NCBI GenBank assembly: GCA_050295955.1
Contig: JBNKQQ010000033.1
Location: 76,988-140,987 of the forward strand
DNA from: Thiohalomonadales bacterium
GTDB taxonomy: Bacteria > Pseudomonadota > Gammaproteobacteria > RBG-16-57-12
DNA: 64,000 bases
Direction of reading: 5' to 3'
The first letter of the stretch is position 1. Every line of letters starts with the position of its first letter. Below the pieces are notes generated by a model that made no database searches, had not been told where the DNA came from, and saw only the letters and a program-made list of their open reading frames with translations. Of the stretch, positions 14,093 to 21,837 are shown in pieces. A program made the position numbers and the translations under genes.

Positions 14093-14215
14093 GGGGGCAT
14101 CGCCCACCAGCATTGGTTAATCAAGAGCCTTAGAGGTGATCATCTCTAAGGCTTTTTTGTTGCTCGAAGCACCTCATAAGCTGCCAAATTTTCACCATCA
14201 AAATAGAGGTATTCA
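14093..14215. repeat. direct repeat copy A2 (second copy of the glmS terminator region)
   Basis: It is a near-duplicate of 12415..12530 and includes the same terminator hairpin gccttagaggtgatcatctctaaggctttttt. Confidence 0.8.
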
Positions 14216-14380
14216 AGGTGATATTTTTTAAGGTAATGTCTAGGGTAAGGGATTTTGTTCACCACCATTGCGATGAGGGAGATGATGGGCACGGGGAATA
14301 AGGATGGTGATTTTCTAGTATTGTGGGAGCCTCCTGCTTGCAGGCGATTGGGTTTGTTTCAGCAAACGCTGGAGGAATTG

Positions 14381-14690
14381 TATCACTGCGTGATGGTTTG
14401 TATTTATCGCTAGCGCGATGGAGGGGATGTCACTGCGTGACGGTGAATTGATACAGGGTTTCGCCCCCGCGCGACGAGTTCATTTTCTGTAACGCGACAG
14501 AAAACGAAACCAAAAGAACGCGCCCGAAAATACAGGTCACAAACAACGCGACTTCCCTCAGTTCTCGCTACGAATGGTACTACTGGCAACTGATTCGGGA
14601 CAGACATGCCATCCGCTTAACCCATTCGTAGCTGTGAGCCTCGGCTGCATTTAAACGGGATGTGAAAGGCATTTTATGTTTTGCTAATGC
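14381..14690. repeat. left inverted repeat (IR-L) of the STAND/recombinase element
   Basis: Its reverse complement aligns with 19685..19930. There is a ~100-bp near-identical core (cgacgagtt.attttctgtaacgcgacagaaaacgaaaccaaaagaac...cccgaaaatacaggtc) plus further similar flanks. The outer end carries two copies of tcactgcgtga, at 14383 and 14430. Confidence 0.8.
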
Positions 14691-14754
14691 AAAAGAAGAA
14701 GAGCGGCTTCGCGGTGTTTAATGGCTGGTTCTACTTCAGAGCGGACAAATTGAT

Positions 14755-14815
14755 GTAGGGTGGGCATCGCCCACCAGCGAGATGGAACGGTGGGCCGTGC
14801 CCACCCTATATGGCT
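14755..14815. repeat. REP-like palindromic element (tagggtgggcatcgcccacc ... ggtgggccgtgcccacccta)
   Basis: It is a long near-perfect palindrome. Related half-sites occur at 14093-14112 and 36536-36570. Confidence 0.6.
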
Positions 14816-15012
14816 GAAAAACCCGTTGGAGCCTTTGGTAGCTGATTGATTGAATGTCAGCTATCGGGTAGAGGGCAGCAAAGTCGCGAAAGCTGCCATT
14901 TATGACTTCATCTACAAATAAATAATTTGTGCCCAGCTATTTGGCACAATGCACTTTCAATATTAGGCTCAGCTAATGACAATTAGATTGTTATCTTACA
15001 AGGCAATACTTT

Positions 15013-18000
15013 ATGAATAGTCTCTGGGCTGTCCCAATATCGTCAGTTATTTCGCTTAGCCCTGAGCGGGCTGTAGATGTAATCCGTGCTATTCTCCGGG
15101 CAGAATGTGCCTACGCCAAGCTAGGCCCATCGGCATTAACTATTTCCGATAGACTAATGACCCCAGATGGCGGTATCGATGCAGAAGTCAACACATCCCA
15201 TGGACAAATCCCGGGAGATTGTATTTTTCAATCTGGTATTACCGGATTTCAGATTAAATCAGGAACCACATTCAAGCCTTGGACATCGAATTCAATCAGA
15301 GGTGAATTACTTAATAGTAAAGGGGAGTTATGCTCTGAGGTTGAGAGGCTTCTTAAACGAAAAGGTCACTACTCGATTATTTGCACTGGCCACGATCTGA
15401 CACCAGAGCAGCGTAATGATGCAAAAGCTCTGATCGTGGCTGTTCTGGCAGAAAAAGGATATGAAGAATACGAGCAGATTGTCGATGTTCTCGGAGCAAG
15501 TCAAATCGCAGAATTTTCTGAGCGCTATCCTGGAATAGCATCTCTATTGACGATTGATCCCGTTCAGGAAGCCTGGACTCTTGATGAGTGGCGACATGAC
15601 GCTCATATGACAAACGCATTCGAAGAGTCTCCGAAACAGACTGAAATAATCTCCCATATCCGCGCAGGCCTGTTGGGAGAAACTAAACATATTCGTATTC
15701 TTGGGGAAGCTGGCTTAGGTAAGACTCGAATCGTTCTTGAGTCATTGAAAGATGAGACCACCTCACCCTATGTTCTTTATATACAGCATGGTTCTCAGTT
15801 TGGTCAGACAAAACTTTTTCGCCAGTTACTGAAATCTGGTCATGACAAACCACTCATATTGGTCATAGATGAACTTCCTGAGAGCGAACTCTCAGATATA
15901 TGGAGGCATCTAAAGCCACGCTGTGGTCATTTGAAAATTGTTTCAATGGATCATGGACGAGATGAAACACGCGATGAAGAAATTGATCGAATAAATACGC
16001 CATATCTGTCAGACGATACAATTAAAAAGATACTTGCCCATCGCGTTGGGGAATCACCAGAGCTAGATCGGTGGATCAAAATCTGCGAAGGATCACCCCG
16101 AGTAGCCCAAGCCGTTGCTGACAATCTGTGCGCTAATCCCGCCGACTTATTAAAGCCACCAGCTACGATACCCATTTGGACAAGGTTTCTTCATGGATAT
16201 GGAAGCAGGGATGAAGCAAGTGCAAGGCAAATTGATTGTGTTGCACAGCATTTAGCACTATTCAGTCGGTTTGGTTATGAAGCTCCAGTTGGAGAGGAAG
16301 CAGCGTATATTGCTGAACTAATTCGCAATATTGACCCAACTATTGGCTGGGCTCGCTTTCAAGAAATAGTACAAGACCTTCGTGCGCGAAGAGTGTTACA
16401 AGGTAGTCGAACGCTATTTTTCGTTCCCAAGGCCCTGCATATCTATTTGTGGAAACAATTTTGGGAGCGTTATGGTCGAGGGTTTGATTTTACTCGAACA
16501 TTTTCCTCCATGCCGGAGTCTCTGCATACTTGGTTTATGAATATGTTCAAATATGCGGGTGAGGCTGATACTGCTCATGTTATTGATGATATTCTTAACT
16601 TAAAAGGCATTTTCTCTCAAAATGAGGTCATAAAATCAGAAAAGGGATCTCAGTTTCTAGCCATTCTAGCAGAGGCTAGTCCTGCTTCAGTATTGAGACT
16701 TCTTGAAGCTACTATTGGAAAATGGACTAACGAAGAATTGTTGAAATTAAGGGGAAATAGACAACATTTCGTCTGGACACTTGAGAAGATTGCGGTTTGG
16801 CCGAGCTACACTGTTAGAGCAATGCAACTGCTAATCCGATTGGCGGTTAATGAAAATGCTAGAAATTCTAATAACTCTACGGGAACGCTACTTGGCCTCT
16901 TTCGCATAGGCCCTGAGTGGGCTGCAACGGAATCCTCCCCTGATGCAAGACTCCCAGCTTTTCTGAAACTTCTTCGAGCTCAGAGTGATGCTGAGCGACA
17001 TCTTGGACTTAAAGCTGCAGAAGCATCGCTCGAAACCCGTGGCATGGGGTTTAGAACCGTTGGCCCTGAGTATCAGGGTTTAAAAGAAAGAGCAAAATTA
17101 TGGATGCCCGAAACATATGGTGATTGGTGGCAAGCTCAGTTCGTTTATTTTCAGACTTTGGTTAATGAAACAAAAAATTGGCCATCTCATCTTCGTCCTG
17201 AAGTTTGTAATGCATTACTTAATGCTGTTGAACACCAGATAAGAATACCACTATGTACGGAGCTAGCTTTTCAGGTACTAGATACACTTGTTAATGATGA
17301 TGCAATGCTGCCAGAAAAGTTAAATAGTTTCTTTTGGCATTGGAGAGAATATAAGGATGATGGTAAACATCCTGCAATAACAAAGAGACTACAAATACTT
17401 GAACGCCGCTACACGAGGCGTGACTTAGTAAGTCGATTTAATCGTTATGTGCTTGATGTGGATTGGCTCGAGTGGGAAGAGGGGCGTAGAGAGCAGAGAG
17501 GAAAGACTAGATCACGTGCAAAGGTAATTGTAAAAGTTTTGGCTCGCCGTATAGCGCGATCTCCTGAGAAGTTTAATGAAATTCGTCATCTTATTACTCC
17601 AGAGAAAAGTGCTCATGGGTTATGGTTTTTTGGAGAGCAGCTTGCAAAAAACGATGCTGATAGAATTTTTTTACCTCAACTCATTGAGGCTACCCTTACG
17701 GCTAAACACCAAACCTGTTTATACGGTTATCTTTCTGAATTAAGGAAAGACAATGAAGAGCTATACACTACAGCTATTAATGGTTTTCTTGATTCGGAAA
17801 GCACTGCTTGGTTAGGGGGACATATTGTACTTAGCTCCGATTACGATGATGATTTGTTTGTGAAGTGCTTGAATGTATTGCGTAAGGAATGGATTTCTCC
17901 CCAAGAGTTCAGCTCACTTCGATATGGGAAGTCAATAGATCACGTTCCTAAGGAACGGCTAGAAAATTTATTTCAACAATTAAATTCCCGTCAATCTGAG

Positions 18001-18786
18001 GAGTCTATGTGTTTATTGATCGAGTTACTGGACTCGATTCCATTTAACGAGTCCTCTCCAGTTGATTCAAAATTTGTATTTGGAGCGGTATCACGGTTTG
18101 TGCCTGGTGATGAAGGCGCAGAGCTAATGAGGGGATATCACTGGAAAAGTGTATGTCAAAAGTTAATTAAGTGGGATGAAAGCTGTGTATTACCTTTACT
18201 TGACGTTTTGCTTACTAAGATGGGAGACGTATATCGGTTAAGCTATGACTCGGATGTTGAGCCTCTTTCGGCCGAGTTAGTACAAGCAAATCCTTCAGGT
18301 GCTTGGGGAATTATAAAAGTGCATTTCGAAGAGACTCTCCCAAAATGGCGAGGTGATCTATTGAACTGGCTTAAAGGAGGGGTAGGAGGGTTTGAAGAAA
18401 GAGAGACTAGAGGAGTAATAAGGGATTTACCACTTCAGGAAATCCTTGAGTGGATAAATGAAAACCCTGAGTCTAGGGCTGGCCTTATAGCTCATGCTGT
18501 TCCTAGAACACTCGATGACGTAAACGGAGGAGAACTTACACGTGAGTTACTTCGTAAATACGGGCAGCTTCCCGGAGTTCAAAGCGGTATTAGTGCTAAT
18601 TTCCACTCTGGAGGGTGGAGTGGACCTACAAGTGCATATTTGAAACGTAAGAGGGAGAAATTTCGTCGATGGTTGGCTGCTGGATTTGATTATGAGATAA
18701 CTCAGTGGATTGAATCAGAGATTGAATACCTTGACCGAAATATAGAGCGCGAGGAAATTGATGAGGAACGCTCTCGATTCGATTAG
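15013..18786 (+). CDS. Avs-like antiviral STAND NTPase candidate with N-terminal Mrr-like (PD-(D/E)xK) nuclease domain
   Basis: The N-terminus has DGGIDAEV ... GFQIK, an Mrr_cat-like D...QxK motif. It has a Walker A ILGEAGLGKTR and a Walker B PLILVIDELPE. About 800 aa of helical C-terminus follows, which is probably a repeat/sensor region. Confidence 0.6.
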   Translation: MNSLWAVPISSVISLSPERAVDVIRAILRAECAYAKLGPSALTISDRLMTPDGGIDAEVNTSHGQIPGDCIFQSGITGFQIKSGTTFKPWTSNSIRGELLNSKGELCSEVERLLKRKGHYSIICTGHDLTPEQRNDAKALIVAVLAEKGYEEYEQIVDVLGASQIAEFSERYPGIASLLTIDPVQEAWTLDEWRHDAHMTNAFEESPKQTEIISHIRAGLLGETKHIRILGEAGLGKTRIVLESLKDETTSPYVLYIQHGSQFGQTKLFRQLLKSGHDKPLILVIDELPESELSDIWRHLKPRCGHLKIVSMDHGRDETRDEEIDRINTPYLSDDTIKKILAHRVGESPELDRWIKICEGSPRVAQAVADNLCANPADLLKPPATIPIWTRFLHGYGSRDEASARQIDCVAQHLALFSRFGYEAPVGEEAAYIAELIRNIDPTIGWARFQEIVQDLRARRVLQGSRTLFFVPKALHIYLWKQFWERYGRGFDFTRTFSSMPESLHTWFMNMFKYAGEADTAHVIDDILNLKGIFSQNEVIKSEKGSQFLAILAEASPASVLRLLEATIGKWTNEELLKLRGNRQHFVWTLEKIAVWPSYTVRAMQLLIRLAVNENARNSNNSTGTLLGLFRIGPEWAATESSPDARLPAFLKLLRAQSDAERHLGLKAAEASLETRGMGFRTVGPEYQGLKERAKLWMPETYGDWWQAQFVYFQTLVNETKNWPSHLRPEVCNALLNAVEHQIRIPLCTELAFQVLDTLVNDDAMLPEKLNSFFWHWREYKDDGKHPAITKRLQILERRYTRRDLVSRFNRYVLDVDWLEWEEGRREQRGKTRSRAKVIVKVLARRIARSPEKFNEIRHLITPEKSAHGLWFFGEQLAKNDADRIFLPQLIEATLTAKHQTCLYGYLSELRKDNEELYTTAINGFLDSESTAWLGGHIVLSSDYDDDLFVKCLNVLRKEWISPQEFSSLRYGKSIDHVPKERLENLFQQLNSRQSEESMCLLIELLDSIPFNESSPVDSKFVFGAVSRFVPGDEGAELMRGYHWKSVCQKLIKWDESCVLPLLDVLLTKMGDVYRLSYDSDVEPLSAELVQANPSGAWGIIKVHFEETLPKWRGDLLNWLKGGVGGFEERETRGVIRDLPLQEILEWINENPESRAGLIAHAVPRTLDDVNGGELTRELLRKYGQLPGVQSGISANFHSGGWSGPTSAYLKRKREKFRRWLAAGFDYEITQWIESEIEYLDRNIEREEIDEERSRFD

Positions 18787-18904
18787 TTTACTTCCAAGCA
18801 TATAGTCTTGATGCTTGTAAGGCCGTGATAGATTGAGTGAATTTACCGCTTTGTCTATGTTGCTGACTTCTAGAGCCCCTGGGTGAGTACCCAGGGGCTT
18901 TGTT

Positions 18905-19558
18905 TTAGACCTCTATCCTCTCTGATATTTCTAGTGCATCATCCACCTCAATCCCCAGATACCTGACAGTACTCTCTAGCTTGGTATGACCGAGGAGCAA
19001 TTGAATGGCTCTCAAGTTATGAGTTTGGTGGTAAATCAGCGATACCTTCGTCCTGCGCAATGAGTGAGTTCCATAATCAGCAGGATCTAGTCCTATATCA
19101 GTGACCCACTGCTCAACTATCCTGGCATATTGGCGAGTTGAGATATGAGGTGAATCATGAAAGCGACTTTGAAAGAGATAGTCATCATATTTCAAGGTCT
19201 GATGTGCTATCAGATTTGTTACTGCTATTCTCGTCTGATCAGTGATTTCAAATTGAACAGGCTGCTTGGTTTTCTGTTGCATGATCATGGCTCTTTTCAA
19301 TATAGATAAACCATGTGAGATGTCGCTGACTTTTAGGCTTACTAGGTCACAGCCCCGTAGCTTACTGTCGATGGCTAAATTGAATAGTGCGAGATCCCGG
19401 ATGTTGTTTGCCAGCTGAAGTCGTATGCGAATAGCCCAGATCTCTTGAAGCTTGAAGGGAAGTTTCTGCCCAACGAGCTTTCCTTTGTTCCAAGGGGAAT
19501 GGGGAGATGTTGATAGAGTGCTCATGTTGAATCCTCCATTTTGGTTTAGGGGATTCAA
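18905..19558 (-). CDS. short tyrosine site-specific recombinase (FimB/FimE-size, phage-integrase family catalytic domain)
   Basis: It is 217 aa. It has HSLRRT and LLGHTKLESTVRYL, consistent with the R...HxxR...Y catalytic residues, and it lacks the long N-terminal arm-binding domain of integrases. Confidence 0.75.
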   Translation of the reverse strand: MNPLNQNGGFNMSTLSTSPHSPWNKGKLVGQKLPFKLQEIWAIRIRLQLANNIRDLALFNLAIDSKLRGCDLVSLKVSDISHGLSILKRAMIMQQKTKQPVQFEITDQTRIAVTNLIAHQTLKYDDYLFQSRFHDSPHISTRQYARIVEQWVTDIGLDPADYGTHSLRRTKVSLIYHQTHNLRAIQLLLGHTKLESTVRYLGIEVDDALEISERIEV

Positions 19559-19684
19559 AGTATGGTAAAACAGAGGCTTACTTTCAGAGCGGACGTTCAG
19601 GGATTGTTGATGAACTACGCCTGCTGGCCGCTTGCGGCCATTTAATTTATATTGAAAATTCGCTCTTCTTCTTTCGTGTTAATG

Positions 19685-19930
19685 AAATATAAAATGACTT
19701 TCCTATCCCGTTCCAATGAAGCCGAGGCCCGCAGAAATCCTTGAATTAAGCCTTCGCTTGTTTGAGCGGTATTTGCGACCTGTATTTTCGGGTATGTTCT
19801 TTTGGTTTCGTTTTCTGTCGCGTTACAGAAAATAAACTCGTCGTGTGGGAACGAAACCCCCCATCAATACACATCACGAAGTGATACAAAATCTCATCGC
19901 CATAGTGATGAATTAAAAACATCGCTTACA
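19685..19930. repeat. right inverted repeat (IR-R) of the STAND/recombinase element
   Basis: It is the reverse complement of IR-L. The outer end carries tcacgaagtga and agtgatg motifs that mirror the paired 11-bp motifs in IR-L. Confidence 0.8.
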
Positions 19931-20071
19931 ACGCTTGGTAATTAGATGATATTCCACCCTACACGCCTATATTATGACGTATAATGTATACCCTATAAGT
20001 CACTACTGGGTTTGCTATCTAGTAGTGGTGTGATATCACCCATACTTCTATAAGACATAAGAAGATAACCA

Positions 20072-20302
20072 ATGAAAAAAGTAACCCTCTATACCACAAG
20101 TCGCTGCGAGGTGTGCAAACAGGCAAAGCAGTATTTCAAGAAGCGAAAGATTGCGTTTGTAGAGTTTGATGTTGAAAAGAGTAGTCGAGGAGCAAAGGAG
20201 TTTGCGCGTTATAAGGCACGGGGGGTACCGTTGATTGTGGTTGCTGGTGAGCCTCTTTATGGGTTTGATCGTAAACAGTTTGATGAGCTCTATTTTGAGT
20301 AA
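20072..20302 (+). CDS. glutaredoxin-family small redox protein
   Basis: It is 76 aa with a CEVC (CxxC) motif in a thioredoxin-fold context, as in the Grx/NrdH-like family. Confidence 0.7.
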   Translation: MKKVTLYTTSRCEVCKQAKQYFKKRKIAFVEFDVEKSSRGAKEFARYKARGVPLIVVAGEPLYGFDRKQFDELYFE

Positions 20303-20310
20303 ATGAACCT

Positions 20311-20378
20311 GTCGTGTGGGGGCAGCACCCCATATCAATCCAATGTCATGAAGTGACACTCACCCATCCACAGAAACA
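20311..20378. repeat. third (direct) copy of the element terminal sequence
   Basis: The sequence gtcgtgtggg..cccca.atcaat.ca..tca(c/t)gaagtgaca is about 75% identical to 19848..19915. Together with that copy it flanks the glutaredoxin gene. Confidence 0.6.
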
Positions 20379-20506
20379 TATCAAGTTGAAAATCCTCATA
20401 AAACGACTATCTTCAAGGTAGCTGAGAGTGACTGAGATTCTAATTGTAGACACAGCTCAATATCTGTAGGTAATGAAAAACAAAACGTATCCAGTAGGAG
20501 ATTGGC

Positions 20507-20980
20507 ATGAGGCTTTTGGGAAAGTTGTTAGTGTTGTTGGTCATGGTGTCGGTAGTATCACCGGTGTTGGCGGATAAAAAGAAAGATCCGAAAATGAAAG
20601 CCATTGAGGCTCGTAAAGCTGAGATGACGTTACGTTCATTTAATGCAGGCCCTTTGTTTGCGATGGCGAAAGGCAAGATGCCTTATGATGCAAAAAAAGC
20701 GCAAATGCATGCGGATAATTTAAAGCGCTTATTGGAGGTTAATATGGGGGCGGCTTGGATGCCGGGAACCTCTATCAAAGAGTATGGTGATGATACAACG
20801 GCATTGCCTAAGATCTGGGATACTTGGCCTGAAATTTCTGATTATGGAAAAGATTATGCAAAAGCGGTTAACGAGCTTGCTGAGGTTGCAGGTGATGGGC
20901 AAGATGCCCTTGGTAAAGGGGTTAAGGCGCTAGGTAAGGCTTGTAAAGGGTGTCATGATGAGTTTCGGGAGAAGGATTAA
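20507..20980 (+). CDS. cytochrome c' (class II cytochrome c)
   Basis: It has a signal peptide and a single C-terminal heme motif CKGCH. The ~135-aa four-helix size is typical of cytochrome c'. Confidence 0.75.
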   Translation: MRLLGKLLVLLVMVSVVSPVLADKKKDPKMKAIEARKAEMTLRSFNAGPLFAMAKGKMPYDAKKAQMHADNLKRLLEVNMGAAWMPGTSIKEYGDDTTALPKIWDTWPEISDYGKDYAKAVNELAEVAGDGQDALGKGVKALGKACKGCHDEFREKD

Positions 20981-20999
20981 TTTCTTCTTGGAATAGATC

Positions 21000-21590
21000 A
21001 TGAAAGGTTATTCTTACCAGAAAATTTGGGACCCAGTGACACGATTGTGGCACTGGGTTTTTGCGTTTTCAGTGATTGCCAATTGGAGCATGGGCGAGTT
21101 TATGTCATTCGATACAGTAGAGTGGCATTTCATCATGGGCTACTTCATTTTGGGTCTGATTGTATTGCGTATTGTTTGGGGAATTATCGGCCCATCACCA
21201 ATACGTATCACCACGCTTGTCGCTTCTTCTTTTGGCGTAAAGGCATACTTAAAACGTATGATGAGCAGGCAACCCAGCGGGACAAGAGGACATAATCCGT
21301 TAGGTTCATTGTCCATCATCGCCATGCTTTTGGTGTTTGGTGCACAAGGCATGACTGGGCTGTGTATTGAAACAGAAGATTTTTTCGAGGAAGGCCCGTT
21401 GTATGAGTATGTGTCTGAGGAGACCGCAGAGGAACTATCTCGTTGGCATCATCGGTTGTCAAAAGTCGGACTTGCGTTGGTTTTATTGCATATATTGGCC
21501 GTTCTTTTTTATCTGCTATGGAAGCGTGAAAATTTAATTAAGCCAATGTTTACCGGTTGGAAGTGGGTGAAGCAGATTGATAAAGAGTAA
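21000..21590 (+). CDS. cytochrome b561 family membrane protein
   Basis: It has four predicted TM segments with conserved His, and it is typically paired with cytochrome c'. Confidence 0.75.
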   Translation: MKGYSYQKIWDPVTRLWHWVFAFSVIANWSMGEFMSFDTVEWHFIMGYFILGLIVLRIVWGIIGPSPIRITTLVASSFGVKAYLKRMMSRQPSGTRGHNPLGSLSIIAMLLVFGAQGMTGLCIETEDFFEEGPLYEYVSEETAEELSRWHHRLSKVGLALVLLHILAVLFYLLWKRENLIKPMFTGWKWVKQIDKE

Positions 21591-21745
21591 AGAAGTCTGA
21601 ATAGCTTGGCTATGAGGGGCGAGTGCAGCATTGTTTGCTATGCGCGATCTCCTCATAAATAGGTGTTTATAGAAATCATAGAAGCCTCATGTATTTGTTG
21701 GAGCTGGATGTCGATAACAAGAATGCATCGGGGGGTAATATGCAA

Positions 21746-21780
21746 AAAGCCCTAGCCAAAAAGGCTAGGGCTTTTTTGTT
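21746..21780. terminator. bidirectional rho-independent terminator
   Basis: The hairpin agccctagcc-aaaaa-ggctagggct is flanked by A- and T-runs and lies between convergent genes. Confidence 0.75.
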
Positions 21781-21837
21781 GCTGTGTTGAAGAGTGTGGA
21801 TGATTCATCTGCCACGCTCTTTTTACGATTACTGTCT

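Larger units (their letters stand above)
14381..19930. mobile_element. candidate ~5.5-kb inverted-repeat-bounded element carrying a STAND-like NTPase and a tyrosine recombinase
   Basis: Long imperfect inverted repeats bracket exactly two genes. A third, direct copy of the terminal ~60 bp lies at 20311..20378. The region is low in GC compared with core. Confidence 0.5.

Noticed and set aside
14410-14607. 65-aa minus-strand ORF inside IR-L
   Set aside because: It lies entirely within the inverted-repeat sequence, has no RBS or context, and its mirror region in IR-R is not coding, so it is a chance ORF.
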